Shown here: positions 1 through 13,481 of the stretch, in pieces
How the letters are laid out: each line of letters opens with the position of its first letter
Position numbering within the stretch: position 1 is the first letter of the stretch
Source: Octopus vulgaris
Lineage: Eukaryota
DNA: 64,000 nucleotides
Reading direction: 5' to 3'
Assembly: GCA_951406725.2 (NCBI GenBank)
Contig: OX597834.1
Location: 37,882,001-37,946,000, forward strand
Translations under genes and position numbers: made by a program
Notes under the pieces: generated by a model
The model's database searches: none
What the model saw: only the letters and a program-made list of their open reading frames with translations
Told to the model about the DNA's origin: nothing

Positions 1-36
<36 letters not shown>

Positions 37-69
37 CGACGATGATGATGATAATGATGAGGACGTTGG

Positions 70-105
<36 letters not shown>

Positions 106-165
106 CGATGATGACGACGACGATGTTGGTGATGATGACGACTATGACGATGTTGGTGATGATGT

Positions 166-198
<33 letters not shown>

Positions 199-983
199 CG
201 ACGATGATGACGACGACGATGATGATGATGACAATGACGATGATGACGATGTTGGTGATGATGATGAGGAGGAGGAGGAAGAGGAGGAGGAGGAGGAGGA
301 GGAAGATGCTGGTGATGATGATGATGATAATAAAGAGGAGGAAGAGGAGGAGGAGGATGAAGACGACGATGACAATGGCGACGATAATGGTGGTGGTGGT
401 GGTGGTGGTGGTGGTGGTACTGTTGATGTGATGAAGATGATGATAACGACGATGAATGGATATGTGGTGACATTGATGCTGGTGCTGGCGCGTATGATGA
501 TGATGATGCCGATGATGTTGATGATGATCATGAGGAGGAGGAGGAGGGGGAGGACAAGGATGGTGATGATGACAATGATGGTGGTCGTGGTGGCGGCCAT
601 GGTGGTGCTAGTTCTGATAGTGATTAAGATGATGACGACGATGACGACAACGACGATGATAACGTGTTGGTGATTGTAATGGCGGCAACAGTAGTGATAG
701 TGGTCATAATGGTGATGGTGGTGGTGGTGATGTTTGCCATTCTGATTGTTGTCATTGTTGATATTTTATCTGTTATACTGACTGAGTTTTATTTGCTGCT
801 TCCATTGCCGTTGTTGTTGGTGTTGGTGGTGGTGTTGTTACAAATTGTTGAAGTTGTTTTTTTTTGTCGTTGTTGTTATAATTATTATTGTTACAATAAT
901 TGTTATGGCTGTTTTATTAGTTCTTTGTATGTCATTATTTATTTATTTATTTATCATTATTATTATTATCATTGTTGTTATTA

Positions 984-1030
<47 letters not shown>

Positions 1031-1166
1031 CATTATTGTCATTATTATTATCATCATCATTATTATTATCATCATCATTATTATTATTATCATTATCATT
1101 ATTACTATTATTGTTATTATTGTTATTATTATTATTATGATGATGATGATGATTATTATTATTATT
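1..1166. repeat. (GAT)n/(GAG)n/(GGT)n/(TAT)n low-complexity tract
   Basis: Direct reading; source of the poly-M, poly-D and poly-I pseudo-ORFs. Confidence 0.95.
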
Positions 1167-1742
1167 GCAGTCCAGTCTGTGCAGTTATTGTTTAGCTCCA
1201 ATTCAACCATCACAGAACTGACCTACGACTGATGATGTTTTAGCCATGACCATCCCTCCAATTCTTTCACAGACATAATATATAAATGATTACATTATCC
1301 AAATATGACTTCCATTATTTAAGACATTTAGCCCTGATCCGAGGGTGATCTGGTTCTTTTTTCTAGCAGGTCATATAACCACATAATGGGGCTTCTTACT
1401 TTTGCAGTCGATGTTGTTTTTATTGTAGTTGCAACTGATATTTTAAGTATACAAGGAATTGGGTGTTGAAAAATTCCTGGTTTTGGGTAAAAGAAAATAC
1501 AGGCGGATCAGTTAATTATGGTTTTATTCAAATCAAGATTTGGCTGACGCTAACCAAGGAATCATGAAGTGGCACCTAATGTTGACTCTTTGAATGTTAA
1601 TTTTCTTTTGAAAATGTTTAATTCGCGTATATTCACATCAGAATAATTTTTTTTGCATGATGTAATAACTATTCATCAAGAAAAAATAACTCGTTTGAAA
1701 CAGCTGTAGTGAATGAACCAATATCCAACTTTGCTATTTGTT

Positions 1743-1798
<56 letters not shown>

Positions 1799-1802
<4 letters not shown>

Positions 1803-1987
1803 AGGGGGTGAAAGGAAATATAAGAGAATCGGTTAATTATGATTTTATTCAATATATTCCCTTTCAGATTCACATACTTATTTCAATGGTCCTTCAGTTT
1901 TTCTAAGCCCTGTAAAAGAACTCGCAAGATTGGGCCTTCATCCAGACCTTTCGTGACACCCTTAAAGCCAGGAACTTTTCAACACCC
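1799..1987 (-). mobile_element. Mariner-derived MITE, same family (partial copy also at about 1449-1531)
   Basis: Reverse complement of the 63386-63604 body, with TIR AAAGCCAGGAACTTTTCAACACCC. Confidence 0.7.
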
Positions 1988-2105
1988 AATTGGTAGTTTC
2001 TGTAGAATTTGCTGTTCCTGTTATTCTTTTTATAGTCGCAACGTTCCTGGAGCTTTTGTGGTTGCTGTAGTTTTTTATAGTCACTATTGTCGTTATTCTC
2101 TCTTA

Positions 2106-2311
2106 TACTCTTTTACGTGTTTCAGTCATTTGACTGCGGCCATGCTGGAGCACCGCCTTTTAGTCGAGCAAATTGACCCCAGGACTTATTGTTTGTAAGC
2201 CTAGTACTTATTCTATCGGTCTTTTTTGCCGAACCAGTAAGTTACGGAGCCATAAACACACCAACATCGGTTGTCAAGCGATGTAGGGGGGACAAACACA
2301 CACAAACACAC

Positions 2312-2372
<61 letters not shown>

Positions 2373-2552
2373 CATACAAACATATATACGACGGGATTCT
2401 TTCAGTCTCCGTCTACCAAATCCACTCGCAAGGCTTTGGTCGGCCCGAGGCTATAGTAGAAGACACTTATCCAAGGTGCCACACAGTGAGACTGAACCCG
2501 GAACCATGTGGTTAGTAAGCAACCTACTTACCACACAGCCACTCTTGCGCCT
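2106..2552 (-). mobile_element. tRNA-derived SINE family A, full length with internal microsatellite
   Basis: Head GGCGCAAGAGTGGCTGTGTGGTAAG..GGTTCAGTC (A- and B-box-like) and tail ..GCTCCAGCATGGCCGCAGTCAAATGACTGAAAC. Many copies in this window. Confidence 0.85.
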
Positions 2553-3222
2553 ATTATTGTATTTTTACAACTTCCTCTTATATTAGTTGTTGTTGTCATC
2601 GTCGCTTTTATTGTTGTCGCAGGTCAGATTCCCAATGTATGTGGTGGTGGTGATGGGTCGGAAAGGTGAGAACTATCGGAATTTCTCTACAGTTTCATCT
2701 TCGATCTGTTTTGTAACAACCATAGATTTCCTTTCGCTATTATTCTCCACTTTCCGCCCACCTTTTTGCAAACTCATTCTCTCTGAATATCTACCTTCCT
2801 GTCTGGGCATCACACCCATTCGAGATCTTTCTCTCCCCACCTTATGTATGTATCTATCTGTCTATTTATTCATTCCTTTATTTATTTATGAATCATGTAT
2901 CTCTCCATCTAACAGTCTATCTATCTATCAACCCATCCACCTTTCCATTCATATATCCATTTATTTTTTAATCTATCAATTTATCTATCTAACTATCTGT
3001 TTGTCTGCCTATCCATACCTCTAGTAATCTATCTAGTTCTATCTCTTTCTCTCTCTCTCTCTCCATATATATTTATACACACACACACACACTTACATAT
3101 AAGTATATATACACACAAATATATACCTGCCTATAATTTTTTTCTATCTACAAGTCTATTTGTCTCTCAACATATCTACTTATCAATCTTTCCATCTATC
3201 TATCGATCTCTCTATCATTCTG

Positions 3223-3298
<76 letters not shown>

Positions 3299-3309
3299 GT
3301 CTGTCTATC

Positions 3310-3340
<31 letters not shown>

Positions 3341-3346
3341 CTATCA

Positions 3347-3381
<35 letters not shown>

Positions 3382-3382
3382 A

Positions 3383-3413
<31 letters not shown>

Positions 3414-3757
3414 CATCTATCTCTTTGTCTGTCCACCCTCTGTCTGTTCGTCTGCCTTACCTATTCCTCTATCTACCTAACATCATCTCTGTCTATCAAT
3501 CCCAGTTCCTTTCCCCATTCACTCCAGTCGTCAGCTGACAGCCATATTTCACGATCGCCGTTGTTAATAATACTCCTTCTTCCCGGTGTTACAGTTGCTG
3601 TTGCTGATGTTAACGTCGTTATGCAGATGTCGCCAAGGTTGCTATTACAGCTGCTGTTGAGGTTAATGTCTTCTTACTCTGATAGTATTAATGCCGCTCA
3701 ATCCTCTGATGTTGTTTGTGTTGATGCCACTGCTGTAATTTATGATATTACTGTTGT

Positions 3758-3801
<44 letters not shown>

Positions 3802-4051
3802 TTGTTGTTGCTGTTGTTGTTGTTAGTACAAATAGTTTTGCTAGCGTTGCCGTTAATGTTAACGCCATCTCTATTGCAGTGTGCGAATCTAACAAACATA
3901 TATCCATACATACGTATGTATAAATGTGCTTGCCTCTGCGTGTGTGTGAGTGTGTATGTATATGTATGCATGCATCATGCATGTGTGTATATATGTATGT
4001 ATGTATGTATGTATGGAAGTATGTATATATATAAATAGACATATACATACG

Positions 4052-4085
<34 letters not shown>

Positions 4086-4122
4086 CATATATGTATATAT
4101 GAATGTATGGAAGTATGTATAT

Positions 4123-4181
<59 letters not shown>

Positions 4182-4333
4182 ATATGTATCTATTGAATAC
4201 ATATCATATAGTGTAATACATATATATACATATATACAAACATAGATATTGTGTATGTGTGTATGTATGTATGGTGTGTATGTGTTGACATATAAAGATA
4301 CACATCTATATATATATGTATATATATATATAT

Positions 4334-4367
<34 letters not shown>

Positions 4368-4480
4368 AAAACAGTATATTATATTGTATGCACACACGTA
4401 TATATATATATACGCCTTTATGTATGTATATGTATGCGTGCATACATATTTATATATATCTATACTCACACACATATATT

Positions 4481-4526
<46 letters not shown>

Positions 4527-5189
4527 CACACTCGCATGCCAAGTCAGGGATACAAACAGGGAGATAGAGAAGAGATGTAATGGCGAGTGCCTGTGTGTCA
4601 AAAGAAAGTGAGTATTGTCATATCTCTCCCTCCCTTTGCTGCTATAAGATATTTTCGTTTGGTCTTCAAACAGTTGAGACATTAAGAACAAAAAGACGAA
4701 ATCTCTGAGATAAGACATTTCTGAACACTACCAACAATGAAACAGAATACATCACGAAATATCAGGTATTGTATTTCTTGTCAGTGTGTTTGCGAGTGCG
4801 TACGTTTGTGTGTATGTGTGTGTGTGTGTGGTCTGGTCACTAGTTCAGCATGTCTACAGGGTAAATGTCGCATCTGATATCTCTGCACATGGAAATGTGT
4901 CAGCGAGAAGAATGCAAACTTTCAAAGCAAGTCTGCACACCTAACCTCTAATCACGTGTAAACAAAGGCTGCTGGCACCTGGTCGTTTAATTTCCTAAAA
5001 ATGGTGTACAATGTCCTCCTCAAATCACACTGTTCTGTCTTAAAAATAGGAAAAGGTCTTGTATTGTAGCCTGGGGTCAACCAATGCCTTGTGAGTGGAT
5101 TTAGTAGATGGAAACTGAAAGAAGCCTGTCATATATCTGTGTGTATGAGTGTAACAATTACATCATCCACTAATACACAAAAGCTGATA

Positions 5190-5643
<454 letters not shown>

Positions 5644-6221
5644 CTCTTTTCATTCCGTTCATTGTTTTAAATACGTCTATCTTTCATGAAGCGCCAAAAC
5701 GTTTCATCGCGTTTATATGCTTTAGCTACAGACAAAAACACCACCTCGGCTCCACTAGGCATTTGCATTGCGACTCATTATATTTCTCATAACGTCTGTT
5801 TTATCATGAAACATATATATTTACCAGTTAGAGTGATAAATTACTAAAAACTTCGCTATTCTTTTTCTAGGGTAGGGTCTTGATGAATTACATTTCTAAT
5901 ACTCTCACTAACTCCAAAATACAAATGAGAAATTCAGTGTCAAACACCATAGAGAAACATACTTTCAAAGATATTACCAACAATGAAACAAACACAGAAA
6001 ATATGTTCCATTCTTCTTTGTCTGCGATACAACAAATACCATTCTTTTAAAACATTTTTTAGAAATAAACAGCAGATTGTTTTTTCGGGCTTTTTTGCTT
6101 CTTCTTCTTAACAACGCTTTTTATTAATGTAAAATAATGTTTTGACAATTGAATTCAGTACAAGAATGAAAATTATTTCAGCCTTTCTATTACAAGTAAT
6201 TTCAAAAATATTATTATTATA

Positions 6222-6298
<77 letters not shown>

Positions 6299-6378
6299 GT
6301 ATGTTGTTGTTGTAATTATTATTATTGTTATTGTTATTATCATTATTATTAAGGCGGCAAACTGGCAGAATCGTTGTA

Positions 6379-6529
6379 GGCGCAGGAGTGGCTGTGTGAT
6401 AAGTAGCTTGCTTACCAACCACATGGTTCCGGGTTCAGTCCCACTGCGTGGCAACTTGGGTAGGTGTCTTCTACCGACCAAAGCCTTGTGAGTGGATTTG
6501 GTAAACGAAAACTGAAAGAAGCCCGACGT
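6379..6529 (+). mobile_element. SINE family A, 5' half
   Basis: GGCGCAGGAGTGGCTGTGTG..GAAAGAAGCCCGACG. Confidence 0.8.
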
Positions 6530-6878
6530 ATATATATATATATATATGGATAGTACCTCTCTAAGTATAGACCTGTGAGTCGGAGAGAAGGAACTAGAGA
6601 GGTCACTTACTCCTGGGGTTCCAGGGAGATCTCGGGCAGTGGGGTTCCTCGATTATCCCTAGAGGCCTTCCTGTATCAGAAGGGTCACATCTTTATCATC
6701 TTCCCGGCTACTTTTTTTTTTGTTTTTCATCTTTGTGTATGTCCCTTCTTTTTCAGTATACACCTTTCTATACTTACCTCTTTTTGTGTGTGTATCATTT
6801 CATATATGTAAACCATCACACTTTATGTCTGTCTTCGTATTGTCTCCCTTATCCTTCACCTTTGTGGCAAATAAATGA

Positions 6879-6923
<45 letters not shown>

Positions 6924-6927
6924 TATT

Positions 6928-6989
<62 letters not shown>

Positions 6990-7146
6990 TACTTTCGTAG
7001 TCGACTCTACCCTTCATCCTTTCGGGGTTGATAGATTAAGTACACTCGGTCGATAGATTAAGTACACTCGGTTCCCCTCCACCAAAATTTCGGGTCATAT
7101 GCATTTAGTAGAAAGTATTATTATTATCATTACAATCATCATCATT

Positions 7147-7360
7147 AAAGTGGTGAGGCCGCAGAATCTTTAGGACATCGGACCAAATGCTTCACGTCAT
7201 TTCTTCTTATTCCTTATGTTCTCCATTCAAACACTGCTGAGTTCGACGTTGCCTTTCCTCTTCTTAGGGTCGATAAAATAAGTACCAGTTAATATTTGGG
7301 GTCGATGTTATCGACTTCCCCCACCTCTCGTCAGAATTACTGACCTCGTGTCAAAATTAG
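7147..7360 (+). mobile_element. tRNA-derived SINE family B, diverged
   Basis: Degenerate match to 16329-16540. Confidence 0.6.
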
Positions 7361-7479
7361 AACGGTTTCTTTTTCCTTACATTGACCTAAGGTTGTATTC
7401 TGGTCATGCAACTCATCGAGTTTAACATGAAAACCTCAAGTTCATAATCTGATTATCCTTAGCAGAGTGAATTGACAGA

Positions 7480-8100
7480 TATTGGGATAACTAGACTCAC
7501 CAGTGATAGGTACGTCGCAGCTATGTCAATTATGGTAGATGCCAGTTGGGAGAGAAGACAGAGCCAACTATTTTGCCAGTTGTTTAACAACAGCTTTTCC
7601 ACCATGTTTCTCGTCTTGAACAGTCACCATCTTGCTACACAAAGCAGCGATTAAGTTCACAGTATTTTCACCAAACCATACAATGATAAAAGTTCTTGCA
7701 CACATCACTGCTCATACGAAATGTCTTTAACTTTCGGTGAAAATAAAGATGTTGTTAGATGCGGATGTTTTCATGCCAAGAAATAATATCTAATATATAG
7801 ACATGAAACATTTGAAGTCGCTCATCAGCTCGACATCTTTCTTCTGAACGTTAATAATGTTTTTCCCCCGCCTCCGAGTTATAGGTTCAGTATAGCATTA
7901 CTGTAGCACCAAGTGAACAGTATTTTAATTTCACATCTGAGTGAATCGCAGCTTTTCCTGTATCTACTGTAGTTGCATCATCGGCCAACTTCATCGAATC
8001 ATTACAATGGAGTAAAACAATGTAATTGCATTTATAAGTGGAATTTAAAATCGGGGTCTCAGATCACTGCCCCGTGGCACCTCTGTCTTCACTTGTACAA
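7480..8100 (-). pseudogene. Possible highly decayed Tc1/mariner-type transposase relic
   Basis: Broken minus-strand motifs IHSDVK (cf. FSDEK) and *QDG (cf. QQDG) at plausible spacing, with many stops. Confidence 0.25.
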
Positions 8101-8427
8101 TGTAAGGTATACTATCAAGGTTGTAAATAAATTTGGAGAAGACAAATCACACAGTTGTGAATACATATGTATGTGCGTTTATCACATCACGTGTTTTACA
8201 GTCTCGGTCCTGGTTTTGGTGAGATGGTAGTAGTAAACCGTACATGACTGTGTCGCCAAGAAGCTCGCTTTGCCATACCATGTGTTTTGGTTTCAGTCTC
8301 AATGCAGGGTACCATGTGAAGCTCCGAACTGATCAATGCCTCGTAAGTGAAATCTTTAGACGGAAACTAAGTGAAGACTAGTAGTTTATATGTTCGTATA
8401 CACACATACACGCACACACACACACAC

Positions 8428-8508
<81 letters not shown>

Positions 8509-8511
<3 letters not shown>

Positions 8512-8807
8512 AGGCGCAATGGCCCAGTGGTTAGGGCAGCGGACTCACGGTCGTAGGATCGCGGTTTCGATTCCCAGACCGGGCGTTGTGAGTGTTTATT
8601 GAGCGAAAATACCTAAAGCTCCACGAGGCTCCGCCAGAGGGTGGTGGCGACCCCCTGCTGTACTCTTTCGCCACAACTTTCTCTCACTCTTTCTTCTGTA
8701 GGCCTGCTCGCTTAGCCAGCGGGGTGGCGTCATTTGAAGGCTAAAACAATGCGAAGCGCATTGTGACCAGCGATGTGTAGCAACATATGATAGCCTGGTC
8801 GGTCACG
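8509..8807 (+). mobile_element. tRNA-derived SINE family D
   Basis: GGAGGCGCAATGGCCCAGTGG (A box) and GGTTTCGATTCC (B box), flanked by (TA)n. Confidence 0.85.
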
Positions 8808-8840
<33 letters not shown>

Positions 8841-9052
8841 CTTATTGTTCCGTTAAGATAAGGTCAGCAAAAAAGTACTCCAACTAATGAGAGATAGCTA
8901 TCGTTTAATGTACACGGTATAAAGATAAGCGTTACTAAGAGTTTCTTGCTGTGAAGACACGTGGTTAGGCAGGTTTTTATAACGTGTCTTGTGTATCCAA
9001 CCAATTCTGACACAGGCCACTCTATAAAAGCCTGCCTACCCAAAAAGTGTTT

Positions 9053-9431
9053 GAATTTGAACTCAGAATGTAAAGACGGGTGAAAGGCCGCTAAGCATTT
9101 TGTCTCGACACGGTAACGATTCTGCCAGTTCGCTGCCTTCAAGGTCACTCTATTTTGGTTTCAGGGGAAGCGGGTCAATCGATTACATCGATCCCAGTGC
9201 TCAATTGGCACTTGTTTTTATCGACTCCCGAAAGGATGGAAGACAAAGTCGACTCTGGCAGAATTTGAACTCAGAACGTAAAGACGAACGAAATGCCACT
9301 AAGCATATGGCCCGGTACGCTAACGATTCTTATTTCTTTATTACCCACAAGGGGTTAAACATAGAGGGGACAAACAAGGACAGACAAACGGATTAAACGC
9401 CACCTAACGATTCTACCACTTCACTGCCTTC
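9053..9431 (-). mobile_element. SINE family B cluster (nested or tandem)
   Basis: Two GAATTTGAACTCAGAA heads plus an inserted tail module. Confidence 0.75.
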
Positions 9432-9969
9432 ACACTCGCTCAGCACCAAGCGCCATGCCATCCCAGTGACACGAGGTTCGATTCCTGTAAATAAGTAATG
9501 AGTTTGCTATGTCTTTTTTTCACGACAAAATACAGTTCATGAAAAAGAAATATTCATGAAATTAATTAAGGTAAATTAGACATAGGAAGTAATGGCAGGA
9601 AGTGGACAAGACGAAAGTGGTTTTTAATAGAGAAGAGTGCACTGAGTGGAAGGTTAATGTTGCGCATGCGCTGAAAGAATTAAGTCCGGGAGAGTTTGTG
9701 AGTGTGCGCCTATGTGTGTATACATATATGTACAACAGTACAGAAGGAAGTGTCTATGTATGAGTGTGTGAGAGAGAAAGAGGGCGGGGAGAGAAATGTG
9801 TGTGTGTGTGTGTGTGTGTCTGTGTGTGTGCGTGTGTGTGCGTGTAAGCGTGCGTCTAAGAGAGAAGAATTAGAGATAGTAGAGTTTGTAAGTGAATGTG
9901 TGAATGTGTGTATGCATGTAAATGTAACAGTGCAAAATGTAGTGTGAGATGATGATGATGAGGATGATG

Positions 9970-10028
<59 letters not shown>

Positions 10029-10340
10029 TGTGTGTAAAAGCGATAAATTTAATGTAGGAGAGTTTGTGAGTGAATGTGTTTATCTGCGTGTGGTTGTGTG
10101 TGTGTGTAATATGGAAAATGGTACATGGATATGGATAAAGCTCCTTCCTGAGTCATATAGGTTCATAATGCCGGTTTCCCGGATTCTAGGATGTATATAA
10201 TCCTCACCCCACCATGACCACCACCAACTTGATGGGACGCTGAGTACGTCGCAGGATTACTCACTTTTGCCAGGCGTGTGAACTTGAGTAATGTGACATG
10301 AAGTGTTTTGCTCAAGAATACAATGAATCACCTGGTCCTG

Positions 10341-10374
<34 letters not shown>

Positions 10375-11202
10375 TAAATGGGGGTGAAAAATTAGATATT
10401 AATTTAATAATACCGTCAGTTTAACACCAAGTGGCCTAGCACATAAAAACCAGAGAGACAGTACAAATTTATACGTAAATATAAGAGAGTTAACGTTAAG
10501 TGGTTAACTCTAGTGCTAGAAATAGCTCCTTATTCTGGTATAGCCACCATATATATATATTGTGTGTGCATATCTATGATAACAACTGTGAAATGTATTG
10601 TAAATTCTAGACGCTTCTACTGTTGCTGCTGTATTTTCTTAGTCCCTGTAGTAAAATTTCAGCCCTGTTTCTCATAATATTACCAACGTTCAGGAAATGT
10701 ATAATTTAGTCAAATTTTCTCATTTCACTTAATTACTAAGTAAGAAAACAATTATCAAAAATCTTTCTCCCTCCCCTTCGTCTCTCTCACATCTATCACT
10801 TTCTCTGTCGCATTCACTCTTTATCGTACAACACATTTTTTCTCAGCTCAATCAGTAAAAACATTTCATTAAATAGTCCTAATTATCTACCATCATTTCT
10901 AGTATCCTTTTGGCATACATACATACATACATACATACACACATACATACATACATACATACACACATACATACATGCGTGCATGCACTCATACATACAT
11001 ACATGCATAGATGCATGCTTACATATATAAGAAGAATACAGAATCATGTTTGCGACAGCTCTTATATGAATCTGCATATGTTTGTTTGATAAGAGTACAT
11101 AATTATTTTCATACATACATACATAGTATATATATATACATATACATATGCATATATATATACAAGTACATATATACATACATACATACATACATACATA
11201 CA

Positions 11203-11251
<49 letters not shown>

Positions 11252-11264
11252 TTATATTTACATA

Positions 11265-11563
11265 AGTAAGAATGCTAGTTTTAAAATCTCTCTCAGAGAT
11301 CAACGCAGTAGTTGTACGTAAAAGTAATATTCGTAGCCACTTTAACATGGCTGTCCGTTCGAGCGGACTCTACTGCGATATTTTAACCCCAAGGAGACAT
11401 CTCTTCTAGCTGCTTAACGATGCACCCGATAAAATCTCAAGTAGGGGAGCGAAATCCTACCATCCCCTAGCGACGGGACCAGTAGACCAGTCCTGGTTTC
11501 AGGCCACCTCTCAGTACTGGACATCTCGTCCTCTAGAGACGTTAGCAACTCGCTCTGCACGCA
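11265..11563 (-). mobile_element. About 300-bp structured non-coding insertion with HHR-like motif
   Basis: Island of higher complexity between (TA)n tracts, with several hairpins and the motif at 11479-11520. Confidence 0.55.
11479..11520 (-). ncRNA. Type I hammerhead-like motif with shortened core
   Basis: Minus strand reads CCAGUA CUGAG AGG ugg CCU GAAA CCAG ga CUGG UC^ UACUGG. Helices I and III are perfect, but the core is 1-2 nt shorter than CUGANGA. Confidence 0.7.
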
Positions 11564-11599
<36 letters not shown>

Positions 11600-11764
11600 A
11601 TCTTAGTTCTTTTTTTGTTCCATTCATGAGACTGCGACCATGCTGGGGCACTGCCATGAATAGTTTTAGTGAAGCGAATTGGCCCCAATACTTATTTTTG
11701 CTTTTTAAGGCTGGTTCTGGTTCCGGATTTTTTTTTCTAACTGCTAATGTGCATATATATATAG

Positions 11765-11905
<141 letters not shown>

Positions 11906-11984
11906 GCTTAGAGAAGAAGAAGGAGAAACGAAACGAAACGAATCGAATCGAATCGACGCGATGGCGCACAGTCATACAATAGTG

Positions 11985-12470
11985 TAATAAATAAAATATA
12001 TGCATACATACATACATATCTGTACGTACCTACATCTACATGTATATATACATGCATATATAAATATATATACGTGAATACAGGACGCCACAATTAGACG
12101 TAAAAATAACCGAGAAACGAAAAACGAAAACGAAAAAGTAAAAACAAGCAGGGAACGGACCATTTTTTAAAACAACGAAAAAACAGGGTACAAGACAACC
12201 TACACAGGAAAAATCCCCTTCATCAGCTGTCCCTAGTTCAACTCCAGCGTGTTTCGAAGGTAGGACAGGACACGTCCTGTTGAACTAGTCCTTCCTGTGA
12301 AGGAATTAAATAAAAATCCTTCGCAGAGGGGCAAAAACAAGGAAAAAAATGTTTTTGACAAAAACAGGACGTAAAAACAATACAATTAAAACAAATACAA
12401 AATAAAAATACAATTACAAAAAAATACAGTACAAGAAGAAATAAAAACAGGACAGGAAAAAGGAATAAGG
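11985..12470 (-). mobile_element. Non-coding repeat family carrying the C-B-A hammerhead (copy 1)
   Basis: Colinear similarity to 56150-56560 and, in reverse complement, to 47955-48165. Flanked by (TA)n tracts. Confidence 0.75.
12215..12288 (-). ncRNA. Candidate hammerhead ribozyme with non-circularly-permuted (C-B-A) strand order, copy 1
   Basis: Minus strand reads CUAGUUCAAC agga CGUGUC^CUGUCC ua CCUUC GAAA CACG cugga GUUGAACUAG GGACAG CUGAUGA A GGGG. Helix I GGACAG/CUGUCC; helix II GGGG/CUUC; helix III ACACG/CGUGU; GUC cleavage triplet. Confidence 0.7.
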
Positions 12471-12508
12471 GCCTATAGGCCTACACGAGGGAAAATTTTC
12501 ACGAGCGT

Positions 12509-12570
<62 letters not shown>

Positions 12571-13171
12571 ATGTATATGTATGTATATATTTATAAATAC
12601 ACACACACACAGATGCATACACAAAACACATATGTGTATATATATACATATATATACACACACGCCACATATATACTTATATGAAATGAGGAGTATCTAA
12701 TTACTTTTGCTAAGTCTGTATATGTATAGGCATATTTGTGTATATTTCTGTGTTTATATACACACACACACACACACAGAGTATACAGTGAGAGAGGGGA
12801 GGGGGTTATATTCATAGCAGTGTCTGTTTTTGTGTAGACTTCAATTTAATTTATTTTTTTTACCAAACATTCCTCGTTATTTCCTGTCCAATCTAAACAC
12901 ACCATTACATCCGATACATTTCTAAATGGAGACATGTTTGCCATGGAGCTTCCAAATAATGAAGACATGTTTGCAATATATCTTTCAAATAATGAATCAA
13001 ACTCAATCTAAATAATTACCACGGTAAATAATCTTATATATACACACACACACATATATATATACATACATATATACATACATATATACATACATATATA
13101 CATATATATACATATATATACATATACATATATATGTATACATATAGATATACATACATATATATATATAC

Positions 13172-13204
<33 letters not shown>

Positions 13205-13439
13205 TGTATGTATATATATATATATATATATAATTCTTCCTCTTTTTAATTTTTGTAGCTATTAGCTGTATTGCTTCACTATGTATATGTGTATACATAC
13301 AAATACGTACACACATATGTTTATCTATTTATCTTTCCATCTTTCTACGTTTGTGTATTTTTATGTATATATATATATATACATGTATGCATGTATGTAT
13401 GTATATCTGTGTTTATGTATGCATATATATATATACACA

Positions 13440-13481
<42 letters not shown>

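Noticed and set aside
8509-8585. tRNA gene
   Set aside because: The A/B boxes run into a SINE body that is repeated at 48701, and no proper acceptor stem is evident.
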